DNA of 64,000 nt from Patescibacteria group bacterium. GTDB lineage: Bacteria > Patescibacteriota > Patescibacteriia > GWA2-46-9. Shown in pieces: positions 36,663-47,188 of the stretch (position 1 is the stretch's first letter; each line of letters begins with the position of its first letter). Position numbers and translations under genes: made by a program. The notes below the pieces were generated by a model. It saw nothing but the letters and a program-made list of their open reading frames with translations. It had not been told where the DNA came from and did no database searches. The stretch spans positions 6,159 through 70,158 of the forward strand of contig JBAYUF010000005.1 in assembly GCA_041675205.1 (NCBI GenBank), written 5' to 3'.

Positions 36663-38495
36663 TCATCGGTTCCACTCAATAGGAAGTTGGCCTGTAAAAG
36701 GTTTAAGACCAAACAGTACGTCGGCCACTCCTTGCCCTTCGCTCCCTGGCAGCCATGAGGCTACGACACCATCCCAGGTGCTACTGTAGGGTGAAATTTC
36801 TAGTGGTCTTCCAGCAACAATTAGTACAACCAACTTCTTACTTTGCTTTTTTAATTTATTGATTGCTGCCAGGTCTTCGTTACTTAAGCGAGGATGTTCA
36901 TTGTCACCCCATCCTTCGGCGTAGGTTTTTTCTGAAACCACCGCGATACCTACATCTGCAAGACTCTGTTTTGATGCAAAATTAGCATCTACGTTGTATT
37001 CAACCTGTGTGTCCTTCGATACAGTGTTTTTTATCCCTGCCAGTATTGTGGTGCCTGGCAGCCAGTTACCATCGACCCCTTGCCACTCTACTGTCCACCC
37101 GCCGCTCTGGCGCCCTAAATTATCGGCCCCTGAGCCAGCGACAAAGATTTTCTTTACAGACGAAGACAGTGGCAGAATATCGTTACTGTTTTTCAATACT
37201 ACTTGCGACGCTGCAACGGCTTGTCGTGCTAACTCTTTATGCTTTTGATTACCAATCACAGAAAGACCGTTCGCCGTTGCAGCCGGCCGATCAAACAGAC
37301 CTGTTTTAAATTTCACAGTGAGAATTCTACGGACGGCATCATCCAGACGGTCTCTCGATATGTCACCGTTGTGTATGGCCGCTTGCATATTTGATACAAA
37401 ATCTTTGTACTCAAACGGGGTCATTACCATGTCTACCCCTGCATTAATAGCCATGACAAGAGACCGATATCTATCGTTATCTAATATATATACGGCATAC
37501 CAGTCCGAAACGATAAATCCAGAAAATCCGAGCTCCTTTTTTAAGACGTCGGTTAACAGGTACTGATTTGAAGGATTTTTAATCCCATTCCATGCAGCGG
37601 TACCCACCATGATTGTTTGTACGCCTTCGGTGACGGCTTTATGAAAGGGGGTTAAATGAGTTCCGCGTAATGCTTGTTCGTCGAGCGTGATATTTCCTTC
37701 CTCTATTTTAAAATCCTTATTGCGTGACGTTCCGTATTCCATGGCGCCGCCGCCAAGAAAATGTTTCGCCGTCGCTAGGACGTTAAAATAACCAGTAGAC
37801 GATTCTTGCGTCCCGGCTAAGTACGCCGCACCTAATTGCGTGACGTTGTCCGTATCTGACCCAAAGGTTTCGTATGTTTTGCCCCACCGGCTATCTTGAG
37901 GAACGTCGAGGTTAGGGGAGTAACTCCAGTAAATTCCCGTGGCAGCCATCTCTTCAGCAGTAGCTTTGGCAATGCGTCGTACAAGGTCTGCGTCTCTCGT
38001 GGCGCCTAATGCGATAGCGTGAGGAAAAATGGTGGCACCGAAAACGTTATTGTGACCATGAATTGCGTCAGTCCCATAGAGAAGTGGAATGCCTAAGCAC
38101 GTATTAGCAGCTGCAGACTGAAACGTTTGTACCATTGCAAGCCATGCTTGTGGGGTATTCTCTTTCGGCGCACCACCACCACCGCTTAACAGGGCACCCA
38201 GGTTGAAGTGGCTAATGTCGTTAACATTTTGAATACTATCTTTTTCAATGATTACCATTTGGCCAATTTTCTCTGCGTCGTTCATCCGCTTCATCAAGTC
38301 GTCTACCCGTTCCTCTGTCGATAGTGCTGCGTTCAGGTACTTGGCGTCCACGCCGTCGCAACGAGGCTCTGAAGAAAAATCAATAGGTACGATGGCAGAT
38401 TTCTGATTCTGAACGAGGAAAAAAGCAATCATCGCTCCGATTAGCGTCATGAGCAGAACACCATATATCATGACGGTATGTTTGAATTTGAACAT
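36663..38495 (-). CDS. Glycoside hydrolase family 3 beta-glucosidase
   Basis: EKIGQM, DAIHGH, KHFLG, GFIVSDW and WLPGSEG motifs; N-terminal anchor. Confidence 0.93.
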   Translation of the reverse strand: MFKFKHTVMIYGVLLMTLIGAMIAFFLVQNQKSAIVPIDFSSEPRCDGVDAKYLNAALSTEERVDDLMKRMNDAEKIGQMVIIEKDSIQNVNDISHFNLGALLSGGGGAPKENTPQAWLAMVQTFQSAAANTCLGIPLLYGTDAIHGHNNVFGATIFPHAIALGATRDADLVRRIAKATAEEMAATGIYWSYSPNLDVPQDSRWGKTYETFGSDTDNVTQLGAAYLAGTQESSTGYFNVLATAKHFLGGGAMEYGTSRNKDFKIEEGNITLDEQALRGTHLTPFHKAVTEGVQTIMVGTAAWNGIKNPSNQYLLTDVLKKELGFSGFIVSDWYAVYILDNDRYRSLVMAINAGVDMVMTPFEYKDFVSNMQAAIHNGDISRDRLDDAVRRILTVKFKTGLFDRPAATANGLSVIGNQKHKELARQAVAASQVVLKNSNDILPLSSSVKKIFVAGSGADNLGRQSGGWTVEWQGVDGNWLPGTTILAGIKNTVSKDTQVEYNVDANFASKQSLADVGIAVVSEKTYAEGWGDNEHPRLSNEDLAAINKLKKQSKKLVVLIVAGRPLEISPYSSTWDGVVASWLPGSEGQGVADVLFGLKPFTGQLPIEWNR

Positions 38496-38817
38496 ACTGC
38501 GAGCGTAGCACCCTTTGCTTGGAATGTCTTATGCTGTATTAAAAAATAGCTTCGCAGAAGGTTTTTGGATGAATGTAGCGTATAGAACAGCATTCAGCGT
38601 AGTGCTGAGGGGGGATTTTGAACAGAACTTATTTCTTTTTGACTTTTTACTCAGCTTTCATTGGCTGGTTTTTTATGTAATTAAACATACAAGAATATTA
38701 AGATTGGTTGTGTCGGCGCGTATCTGGGTGTACGGTAGTAATTGCATATAGAGATTTGTGCTCATCTCGACAACGTGACAGAACCTTGCATAATTTATTT
38801 ATTATAAGTTTATTTCA

Positions 38818-39366
38818 ATGGATGTAGAAAAAGGTTGGCATACAAAGATAACGATGTGGCAGTGGCTGGCACTCCTTGTCGCCGCAGCGGTCGTAGTTTC
38901 GGCGGTAACGTACTATGCTCTTCCAATATCAGATTCTGAGAATAATGACGTGGCTTCAGATCAGGCTGCCCCTATCGAGAACGAGCAGCAAGAGACAACC
39001 GATGTCGGTACGCCAGAGGCAACTACTTCTGACAAGCCCGGTGTTTCAGTAAAGGCACCTGTGGTTTCGTCAAAGCTTACCTATGAGCAAGCGATAGCGG
39101 TTTCAGAGTATCGTTTCCAGTTTGATAACAATTGTAACGGTAGCACAGGAATTACGAGTGGCGGAGCACTGAATGTGAAGCAAGGGGCCAATATCATGCT
39201 GGAGAATCACGGTGATGCTTCGCACGTAATCGCGCTTGGCAATGACGCACACACCATTGCCGCTGGTGGTTTTGTGGTGACGAAAGCTCCGAAGGTCACC
39301 AAGACAACAGGGCTCTATATTACGTGCGACGGTGGAGGAGCCGGTAACCTTTTCGTGAATCCGTAA
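38818..39366 (+). CDS. Hypothetical membrane-anchored exported protein
   Basis: N-terminal TM, low-complexity linker, beta-rich C-terminus. Confidence 0.6.
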   Translation: MDVEKGWHTKITMWQWLALLVAAAVVVSAVTYYALPISDSENNDVASDQAAPIENEQQETTDVGTPEATTSDKPGVSVKAPVVSSKLTYEQAIAVSEYRFQFDNNCNGSTGITSGGALNVKQGANIMLENHGDASHVIALGNDAHTIAAGGFVVTKAPKVTKTTGLYITCDGGGAGNLFVNP

Positions 39367-39530
39367 ACGAGAATTGGTCATAAAAACGAGTAAAGTAGTT
39401 AGTGACAAACGAGCGACCATACGGCCGCTCGTTTGCGGTATGTATTGGCGGGAAGGAACGGTCACTTTTTCTGAATAGACCCGGCGTGCTATTATTAAAT
39501 CATTATTAATAAGTTCGTAGCGTACCGAAT

Positions 39531-39596
39531 ATGGCAAAGGGAAATAACGCCCAGCAAAGGAACAAGAAAAAGCCCAAGAAAGAGAAGGCTAAGTAG
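39531..39596 (+). CDS. Putative 21-aa Lys-rich small protein
   Basis: MAKGNNAQQRNKKKPKKEKAK*. Confidence 0.5.
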   Translation: MAKGNNAQQRNKKKPKKEKAK

Positions 39597-39618
39597 TTGA
39601 GGCAATAACTCGCCAACA

Positions 39619-39816
39619 ATGACTGGACGAGATAGAGCAGCCGTAGCGGTCGGCAAGGTGGTAGAGGTTGTCTTGAAAGCAGACCAAGAAAGTGGCAAGC
39701 GAACAAAAGGTGTTGTTGCTGAAATATTGACGAGTTCATCGTTTCATCCTCGGGGCATTAAAGTGCGTTTAGAAAATGGATTGGTGGGCAGGGTGCAGGA
39801 GATAATTACGCAATAG
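39619..39816 (+). CDS. YwbE family protein (DUF2196)
   Basis: VLKADQ..G.V.EILT..FHPRGIKVRL..G.VGRV. Confidence 0.88.
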   Translation: MTGRDRAAVAVGKVVEVVLKADQESGKRTKGVVAEILTSSSFHPRGIKVRLENGLVGRVQEIITQ

Positions 39817-39845
39817 TCGTGAATACGGTAGTGCAAAGAAAATAG

Positions 39846-40406
39846 ATGCGAGCTGAAAAAAACAGTGCCTACAGTTTTCGTGTCAGTAATCGTTCTCGTC
39901 GAACGCGCATTACTATTTATCCTGATGCGAGCGTGGTCGTTAGTGCTCCGAAAGAAGTGAGTGCGCATCAAGTTGAACAGTTTATAGCGAAGAAAGCGCA
40001 TTGGATATTAAAAAAAGTTGCTTATTTCAAGCGCCAGCATTCTTTACCGTCTGTTTTCGCAAAAAATAATCATTTTCAAGACCATAAGGAACAAGCGCTT
40101 CTATTGGCGCGCGAGCGAGTCACGTATTTTAATGAGAAGTATAATTTCGTATTTAAAAAAATCTACATTAAAAACCAAAAAACAAGGTGGGGAAGTTGTT
40201 CAAAAAATGGGAATTTAAATTTTAACTACAAAATTGCGTTGCTCCCGCAGCACTTTGCAGATTATGTAATCGTGCATGAATTGTGTCATCTAGGGGAGTT
40301 CAATCATTCTGCAAAGTTTTGGGCATTGGTGGCGCGTACTGTTCCGGATTACTTGGACATTCGAAATATGATGAAAAAGGAAACGATCAATGTATATGCA
40401 AGGTAG
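39846..40406 (+). CDS. YgjP/DUF45 zinc metallohydrolase family protein
   Basis: KTRWGSCS and YVIVHELCHL..NHS..FW motifs. Confidence 0.9.
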   Translation: MRAEKNSAYSFRVSNRSRRTRITIYPDASVVVSAPKEVSAHQVEQFIAKKAHWILKKVAYFKRQHSLPSVFAKNNHFQDHKEQALLLARERVTYFNEKYNFVFKKIYIKNQKTRWGSCSKNGNLNFNYKIALLPQHFADYVIVHELCHLGEFNHSAKFWALVARTVPDYLDIRNMMKKETINVYAR

Positions 40407-41646
40407 TCGAACGGGTCGTGTTTCTTGGGATGCTGTTGTCATTGGTGGTGGCCCAGCCGGAATGATGGCGGCTGGCCGCGCCGCAGAGTGTGGCCATTCT
40501 GTTTTGTTACTGGAAAAAAATGCCACGCTTGGTAAAAAATTACTTATTACTGGCGGCGGGCGATGTAATGTGACGAACAATAAAGAACTTCGCATTATGC
40601 TGGCCAAATATAAAGGGAAAGATAAATTTCTTTTCTCAGCTTTTTCACAATTTAGTATCGAGGATGCACTGTCATTTTTTCACCGTCGTGGTATGGCGAC
40701 CAAAGAAGAAGCGGAAGGCCGTATTTTTCCAGTTTCAAACAGCGCACAGTCCGTCTGGAATGTTTTGGTACAGTATATGAAAGAAGGGGGAGTGCGAGTG
40801 CAGACAGCAGCTGCGGTGATGGCGGTAGAGGCTCGAGACGGGCAATTCATAATAAAATTAAAGGATAAAAGTGAGATTAGCGCGAAGGCGTGCATCATCG
40901 CCGCCGGTGGCATTTCACGGCCGGAAACAGGCTCAACCGGTGAAGGTTTTTTGTGGCTTAAAAAAATGGGTCACCGTATAGTGGAGAATGATTTTGCACT
41001 TGTCCCCGTTGCGTTGAAAGATTCTTGGGTAAAAAAGCTGGCCGGTGTATCACTGCGAGATTGTAAACTCACCACATTTCAAAACGGGCAAAAACAGGAA
41101 GCCAGTAAAGGGACACTTCTTTTTACTCATGTTGGCATAAGCGGCCCGATGGTATTGAATATGAGTAGAGGTATCGGTGAGCTGCTGAAGTATGGTGAAG
41201 TTAGTATCATGCTCGATCTGTTCCCTAAAGTTGATGGGGGCGAACTGAAACAGCAGCTGCAGACGCTACTCGTGACAGAAAGTAATAAGAAGATTAAAAA
41301 TGTTCTTGGTAAAGTAATACCAAATGCCCTTGTGCCGGTTTTGCTGTCGCTAGCTGGCATCGACGGCGAAACACCAAATCACAGCGTGCGGTCCGAATCA
41401 CGAAAAGCGCTTATACGCTTAATGAAAGCAGTTCCACTCTCTGTTAAGGGCCTTCTTGGCAAAGATAAGGCGGTTGTTTCGTCTGGTGGCGTTTCTTTAG
41501 AAGAAGTTAATTTTAAAACAATGGAATCTCGCACCGTGCCGGGTTTGTACGTAGTAGGGGACATGTTAGATATTGACCGTCCGTCGGGTGGCTATAGCTT
41601 GCAGTTGTGTTGGACAACCGGCTTTGTGGCGGGAAGCAGCTGCTAG
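40390..41646 (+). CDS. HI0933/YhiN family flavoprotein
   Basis: GGGPAG, GKKLLITGGGRCNVTN and GGYSLQ motifs. Confidence 0.92.
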   Translation: MYMQGSRTGRVSWDAVVIGGGPAGMMAAGRAAECGHSVLLLEKNATLGKKLLITGGGRCNVTNNKELRIMLAKYKGKDKFLFSAFSQFSIEDALSFFHRRGMATKEEAEGRIFPVSNSAQSVWNVLVQYMKEGGVRVQTAAAVMAVEARDGQFIIKLKDKSEISAKACIIAAGGISRPETGSTGEGFLWLKKMGHRIVENDFALVPVALKDSWVKKLAGVSLRDCKLTTFQNGQKQEASKGTLLFTHVGISGPMVLNMSRGIGELLKYGEVSIMLDLFPKVDGGELKQQLQTLLVTESNKKIKNVLGKVIPNALVPVLLSLAGIDGETPNHSVRSESRKALIRLMKAVPLSVKGLLGKDKAVVSSGGVSLEEVNFKTMESRTVPGLYVVGDMLDIDRPSGGYSLQLCWTTGFVAGSSC

Positions 41647-41678
41647 GGTGGAACAAATAAATAGCGCATACTGTAGCT

Positions 41679-42269
41679 ATGAACAACTATTCGCCAAACT
41701 ATCCAAGCGGTTTTGTCTTTGTCGGTTTTGTTATTGCCATAGGGCTTTTTGCAGCTTTTGTGCTCCGAAGCTTTTATGGCAACCAGGCAGCTGGTCAGCA
41801 ATCTATTTTCTCAGTCGGTCAGAAAGCGATTAATCAAATTAAAGCGCTGCCTGTGCCGAGCGTCCCTGACGAGTTATCAGACGGCAATGTGGGCAGTAAA
41901 GAGCTTCTTGATTTAAGTAATCAGAACCTCGACAAAGTTCCTGTGTACGCATTGCAAATGAAAGAATTAGAGGTGCTTGATTTGTCTGGTAATAAACTCA
42001 CTGGTGCACTGCCAGGAGAGATACGTTTTCTACAAAACCTCCGAGAGCTCAAACTGAGCGGTAACAATATGACTGGTATTCCGTCAGAAATTGGTCAGCT
42101 GAGCAAACTCGAATCACTCGATTATTCGTACAATAAAATCAATGGCTTACCGAATGAGCTCGCTAATCTAAAAAATTTAAAAACGCTGAACCTGACGGGT
42201 AATCAGTTTTCACAGCAAGACCTTGATGGCATTGTAAAGCAACTACCCAATCTCCAGGTTATTTATTAA
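41679..42269 (+). CDS. Membrane-anchored leucine-rich repeat protein
   Basis: LxxLxLSGNxLTGxLPxEI repeats. Confidence 0.9.
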   Translation: MNNYSPNYPSGFVFVGFVIAIGLFAAFVLRSFYGNQAAGQQSIFSVGQKAINQIKALPVPSVPDELSDGNVGSKELLDLSNQNLDKVPVYALQMKELEVLDLSGNKLTGALPGEIRFLQNLRELKLSGNNMTGIPSEIGQLSKLESLDYSYNKINGLPNELANLKNLKTLNLTGNQFSQQDLDGIVKQLPNLQVIY

Positions 42270-42294
42270 TTGACGGGCACGAAAAGATTGTTTT

Positions 42295-43176
42295 ATGAGC
42301 GAACAACCAATAGACGCACAAAAAACAAAAGGCATGTGTCCACACGGAAATTTTTTTTCTTCACCCTGTGGGGCTTGCAAGCTCGAAGCGGGTAGTGGCG
42401 TGGAAGACGCGCAAGAGCTAGCTGTTCCCGAACTTTCAAGGGTAGATGCGGCAGACCGAGCGGCGATTGCGGCGTATTATCAATTTGAACTTGATCAAGG
42501 GTTTTCTACCGTGCGACCAGAAACAACGCTTGATAGAATGATTGATTTTCGACAGCAACAGATTGCCGAAAATAAGTTGCGAGTCGTCATGGTTAAAGAT
42601 GGAAATAAACTTGTGGCGACCAGTGTTGTTGTGCTTGAGAGCGGCACTATGGGAAAAAGTATTTTAGACAATGAAGCCTATGCGGCTGGCGCGGTCGTCG
42701 ACCCAAGTTTTCGTAGCGGCGGCATTGGTAAGCGCGTAGCAGCAGAGCAGGAAAAGATTGCCAGAGAGGCTGGTAGGGATTCCATGGTAACGATAATTAA
42801 AGACGACAATTATCCGAGCATGCGGCTGCGCATGGGCGTGGGCTATCAGCTAGATGGCGTTGAGGAAAGAGAAGACGAAGTAGATTATCATTATCGGAAG
42901 GATTTGCAGAAGGAGATGGGGGAAGCCAGAGATTGGAAAAGAGAAATGGAGAGTGGTAACTTGAATTTTATAGAAGATGAAATCAGTGGTGACTCGCCTG
43001 ACCAGTTTTTACTTCGGCCAAATGATTTGCCACGCATTAAAGAAGCGCTACAGAATAACTATCGTGGCGTTTACTTATTACGTCCTGAAGATTTTTCTGA
43101 AACTACGGTATTGACCGAAAATGCAGTTGTTTTTGTGAAGCAAAAAAGCGAGGTTAAAAATAATGCTAGTAGTTGA
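42295..43176 (+). CDS. GNAT family acetyltransferase
   Basis: VDPSFRSGGIGK motif A; N.PS. Confidence 0.75.
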   Translation: MSEQPIDAQKTKGMCPHGNFFSSPCGACKLEAGSGVEDAQELAVPELSRVDAADRAAIAAYYQFELDQGFSTVRPETTLDRMIDFRQQQIAENKLRVVMVKDGNKLVATSVVVLESGTMGKSILDNEAYAAGAVVDPSFRSGGIGKRVAAEQEKIAREAGRDSMVTIIKDDNYPSMRLRMGVGYQLDGVEEREDEVDYHYRKDLQKEMGEARDWKREMESGNLNFIEDEISGDSPDQFLLRPNDLPRIKEALQNNYRGVYLLRPEDFSETTVLTENAVVFVKQKSEVKNNASS

Positions 43177-43320
43177 GATTACCATAAAGCCACTGCCTTA
43201 TGTGTGGGTTATTTACTAAATTGCGCATCGTGTTAAGTAGATAAGCATCTTTTCCTTTCCCCACTTCATTGCTTTAAAGCATTGACAGGGGGAGGGGGGT
43301 GGTGTTATGGTGGGGAACAT

Positions 43321-43665
43321 ATGGCACGAAGACGTTTTTCCGAAGATGAATACAGACAGAATCCCTGGTTCCGGCAACTCTGCCAGGCGCTCTTGTCGTG
43401 CCGGACAGAGGCCGAATTAGCTGATTTTTTGCGTGACATAGCCACCCTGCCAGAGTTGCAGTCCTTAGGTGAGCGGCTAGAAGTTGCTAAGCAATTAGCA
43501 AAAGGGAAAACCTATCGCGACATAGTTGATACAACAGGAGCAAGTTCAGCAACAATTTCACGAGTGTATAGTTTTTTGAGTGACGGCGCAGGTGGGTACA
43601 AACGAATCTTAAAGAAAGAGCATACCGGCAAATCACCCTCCAGGGTTGGTTTGCGTCGTTCTTAA
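43321..43665 (+). CDS. YerC/YecD family TrpR-related protein
   Basis: FLRDIATLPEL..RLEVA..TYRDI..TGASSATISRV. Confidence 0.9.
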   Translation: MARRRFSEDEYRQNPWFRQLCQALLSCRTEAELADFLRDIATLPELQSLGERLEVAKQLAKGKTYRDIVDTTGASSATISRVYSFLSDGAGGYKRILKKEHTGKSPSRVGLRRS

Positions 43666-43750
43666 TTTTTTTAAGCACGTTGTTAACGAGCCCTGTCACG
43701 AGGGCTTGTTTTCGTTTGTGGTCAACGAAAAAATAGTGTGGAGTTGAAAA

Positions 43751-44050
43751 GTGTCGAAAAGAATACTTGTGGTTAACCCTCCCCGCATCGGGCGTGAGGA
43801 CTATGGCGATGTCGCTTTTGACGAGCACGGAGTTGAGGTGACCCCAACGCAGGGTGAAACTGCCACGAGATTGGTTTATCCGCCGTCGGTTGAAGTTCTT
43901 ACCAATTCGAGTGGGATCACCAACCGCCGGCTTCGTCTTAATCTTCAGCCGACCAGTGAGGAGCAAGTTACGTTCGACTGCATCTTTGGCTGGTACTCCT
44001 GGGAGGAAGGGTTCGAGAATCGACAAACCGATCCGCGTCTGGCGCCGTAG
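43751..44050 (+). CDS. Hypothetical protein
   Basis: GGAG SD before GTG; upstream of hisG. Confidence 0.5.
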   Translation: MSKRILVVNPPRIGREDYGDVAFDEHGVEVTPTQGETATRLVYPPSVEVLTNSSGITNRRLRLNLQPTSEEQVTFDCIFGWYSWEEGFENRQTDPRLAP

Positions 44051-44100
44051 AAGGTGACAGTCGCAAGATTTCACGTCGTTACCATTGGAGGTAAACAGCA

Positions 44101-44988
44101 ATGGATCCTTTAAAGTTGGTACTTTGTAATGGTTCTCTTTCGGCCAGTCTGCGTGTGTATCTCGGACGGGCAGGCTACGACATAGGTAAGGCTGATCGCA
44201 GAGGATATTGTGGAACATCCACAGATGGAAGCATCGAATTTTGGGAACGAGACCGTCGTATGGTTCCGTATCTTGTGGCAGGTGGGTACGACGCTGGTAT
44301 CACTGGCCTTGATCTCACGCTTAACAGCTGTGTTCAAGGTCTGCGACAGATAGCTGGTCTCTGCTTTTCAAGAGCGACCAACAATCCAACGCGTTGGGTG
44401 CTGGCAAGCAAGGGTACGTGTGATCTATCCGGCTCGCTACGAATCGGATGCGAGCTAGAGAATTTACCCGCGCTTCTTCTGCCGGCATGTCCTTACCCAA
44501 TTCGTGATTACCAAGTGGTGAAGCTTGAAGGCAATGAAGAAATGGCCATTGAAGAAGGTCTCTGTGATCTGATTCTCGTGGTTACTGAAACTGGCAGCAC
44601 ACTTCAAGCCCTCAGTCTTACCATCCTGCCTGGTTGCGAACGTTTGCTCGTTAGCGTTCCTCAAATCATCGCAAAAGGTAATCTCTGTGATGAGAAAGAG
44701 GAGGCCTTGCAAGCGCTTAGCTTCGCTCTTACGGCAGTGATCGGAGGGTCGGCTCATGTAATGCTAACGTTCGACATTCCCAAATTTGCCCTCAGTTCGC
44801 TTCAGCTGCCTGGTGAGGTAGCGCCCACGGTATCACCGCTTTTACGCGAAGGCTGGTGTGCCGTGCAGATTTGTATCGATAGAAGCGATATTGGGAAGGT
44901 CGGTCGTTTAGTTGAGTTGGCAGGAGGTCGTGCCATCGTCGCACAAGACATCCTGGCCTACTCCGACTCAAGTCGTACAGCGAGGTAA
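44101..44988 (+). CDS. hisG: ATP phosphoribosyltransferase, long form, divergent
   Basis: GSL, YDAGITGLD, G..E, ETGSTL, C-terminal PG..PTVSPL regulatory domain. Confidence 0.85.
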   Translation: MDPLKLVLCNGSLSASLRVYLGRAGYDIGKADRRGYCGTSTDGSIEFWERDRRMVPYLVAGGYDAGITGLDLTLNSCVQGLRQIAGLCFSRATNNPTRWVLASKGTCDLSGSLRIGCELENLPALLLPACPYPIRDYQVVKLEGNEEMAIEEGLCDLILVVTETGSTLQALSLTILPGCERLLVSVPQIIAKGNLCDEKEEALQALSFALTAVIGGSAHVMLTFDIPKFALSSLQLPGEVAPTVSPLLREGWCAVQICIDRSDIGKVGRLVELAGGRAIVAQDILAYSDSSRTAR

Positions 44989-45010
44989 CAAGGGAATTTC
45001 AGCGTAAAAA

Positions 45011-45040
45011 GGGGCTGTCTGACAATGTTCAGACAGCCCC
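45011..45040. terminator. Hairpin terminator
   Basis: GGGGCTGTCTGA/TCAGACAGCCCC perfect 12-bp stem. Confidence 0.7.
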
Positions 45041-45077
45041 AACTACTATTAACGTGGACATCAAATTGTGGAGTATA

Positions 45078-45638
45078 ATGAAAGAACAAGTAAAAAAAGT
45101 ATTTATGGACGAGAAAAGACACACACCAATTGATGAGATTGAAAAAGATCTCGACCATGCGGCGCTAAAAGAAGCCGAGCATAGTAAGATGTTAGCCTAT
45201 TTAGAGAAGGCAAGAGATCTTGGAAAGTTTGATGCAACAAATCCAGGCATAGATCAGAGTATGACGCCTAGGGAACACCTTCACATCGGAAGCTCAGTTG
45301 AGGGGTTGGGTTATCATCCAAATTTACCGTTCGGCTTTCTTGGTGGTAGCTCACTAGAAGTAATCAATAGAGTTCGAGAGGAAATGAATAAAGATGGAGC
45401 ACGTCGGTTTTTTTGTGAAACCCCCGAAGGGAAACCCATGTATGTATTAGTTGAGTTTCTTCCACTGACAGAACAGGCATTACTAAGCGAAGAGCCAACG
45501 GTAACGTTTAAAATAGTGGGTGCGATGTCCCACGTAGATGAACCAATGCCAATTCCAGCGAATGCTGAAGCGTACCTGATTGCAAAAATGCAAAAAGTGC
45601 AAATTGCAGCAAAGAAGGAACCAAAGTCGTATGGGTGA
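45078..45638 (+). CDS. Hypothetical protein
   Basis: Open frame directly after TGGACA..TATAAT. Confidence 0.6.
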   Translation: MKEQVKKVFMDEKRHTPIDEIEKDLDHAALKEAEHSKMLAYLEKARDLGKFDATNPGIDQSMTPREHLHIGSSVEGLGYHPNLPFGFLGGSSLEVINRVREEMNKDGARRFFCETPEGKPMYVLVEFLPLTEQALLSEEPTVTFKIVGAMSHVDEPMPIPANAEAYLIAKMQKVQIAAKKEPKSYG

Positions 45639-45644
45639 ATACCC

Positions 45645-46412
45645 ATGATTAGACAAGAAAAAATACCAACGGACAATGGTGGATATATTGCTGCGGCTAT
45701 ACATCACCCACCACAGACGACAGATTGCTTAGCCATTCTTTGCCCTGGCTGGTTAGATTCAAAAGAGTATAATCATTTGGTATTTTTGGCCGACGATTTA
45801 GCAAACGAGGGTTACACGGTTGTTCGTTTTGATCCAACAGGCACTTGGGAAAGTGAAGGCGATACACCACATACCGTTTCTGAATACCTCAATGATATAA
45901 GATCTGTTTTGGAATATATGCTTGAAACGGGCAGTTTCAAGCACGTGCTTCTCGGTGGGCATAGCCGTGGGGGAATGGTTTCTATTCTTTACGCTATTCG
46001 TGATTCTAGAATCTCTACTGTCCTGGCCATAATGACCCCCTACAGTATTGTCAGAACACAAACAAAAGACACCATTGAAGCATGGAAAAGTAAGGGTTAC
46101 CGCATTTCTTTACGAAACGTACCAAATAGTAAAGAAATAAAAGAATTTCGCGTGCCGTATTCACACGCCGAAGATGCAGAGATGTATAATGTTCTAGAAG
46201 AGGTTAAAAATCTTCACACGCCATTGCTTCTTGTGACAGGGGATGTAGACACAGTTGTGTCACCCGATGATGTTAAGCAGATTTATGACAAAGCCAATGA
46301 GCCAAAGCAGTTCTTGACCCTGGAAGGCATTGGGCACGATTATCGTCATAATGATGATGAAATTAAAATCGTGAATGAAGCTGTATTGAAAGCTTTAGAA
46401 TCTTTCGAGTAA
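45645..46412 (+). CDS. Alpha/beta hydrolase
   Basis: GHSRGG nucleophile elbow, D..V and GH motifs. Confidence 0.9.
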   Translation: MIRQEKIPTDNGGYIAAAIHHPPQTTDCLAILCPGWLDSKEYNHLVFLADDLANEGYTVVRFDPTGTWESEGDTPHTVSEYLNDIRSVLEYMLETGSFKHVLLGGHSRGGMVSILYAIRDSRISTVLAIMTPYSIVRTQTKDTIEAWKSKGYRISLRNVPNSKEIKEFRVPYSHAEDAEMYNVLEEVKNLHTPLLLVTGDVDTVVSPDDVKQIYDKANEPKQFLTLEGIGHDYRHNDDEIKIVNEAVLKALESFE

Positions 46413-46414
46413 CT

Positions 46415-47137
46415 ATGACAAAATTTTTTCTTGCCGCTCTTTTAGTCATTGGATTATTTATTACGTACCAGTGCGTTCGGACGATGCGCTACATTCGTAT
46501 TGGGAGAGCCATTGAACAAAAAACAATTCCTTTTTCACGTTCGGTGGAATCTCCTCAACTGCGCATACTTGTTATCGGGGATAGTAGTGCGGTTGGGGTT
46601 GGGGCAGGAGCGCCAGAAGAATCAGTGGCAGGTCGACTTGGAGCATTTTATCCAGATGCAGAAATTGTGAATGACGGCGTGAGCGGCGCTAGAACCGCCG
46701 AGCTCATCCCACGTTTAGCCGCTCGTGCTGGTCAGCATTTCGACCTCGTTCTTCTTCAGATTGGCGGCAATGATATTGTTCGGCTGACGGACGTCGATGA
46801 ACTTGCGAAAAGTATTGAGGGCGTTCTCGACGGTGCTGTCGCAATTAGTGACCACGTTGTACTTGTCAGCTGCGGTAATGTTGGCACAGCAAAACTGTTT
46901 CCACCCGGAGTGCGTGCGATTCACGAGCGACGGACGCGAGTTGTGAGGGAACTATTTATGCGCACCGCGAACGAAAAACGGGTTCCATACATTGATCTTT
47001 TTCGTGAGGCATATGCGGACCCCTTTGCCCGAGAACCGAAGCGGTTTTATGCGGCAGATTGGTTTCATCCAAGTGGCGAAGGATATGGGGACTGGTTCGG
47101 TTTCATAGAGCGTGCTTTGCCAGATTTGGCAAAATAG
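46415..47137 (+). CDS. SGNH/GDSL hydrolase
   Basis: GDSS, GGND and DWFHP motifs. Confidence 0.92.
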   Translation: MTKFFLAALLVIGLFITYQCVRTMRYIRIGRAIEQKTIPFSRSVESPQLRILVIGDSSAVGVGAGAPEESVAGRLGAFYPDAEIVNDGVSGARTAELIPRLAARAGQHFDLVLLQIGGNDIVRLTDVDELAKSIEGVLDGAVAISDHVVLVSCGNVGTAKLFPPGVRAIHERRTRVVRELFMRTANEKRVPYIDLFREAYADPFAREPKRFYAADWFHPSGEGYGDWFGFIERALPDLAK

Positions 47138-47188
47138 CAGTGCTTCTCGCAACTGGATTTTAAGTCGAAAAGATGCTAGAATAACTCA

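Noticed and set aside
43487-44218. 243-aa minus-strand ORF and similar long antisense ORFs
   Set aside because: They overlap well-supported plus-strand genes and show no recognisable motifs.
11695-47000. Prophage or IS element
   Set aside because: No recognisable phage structural, replication, integrase or transposase genes.
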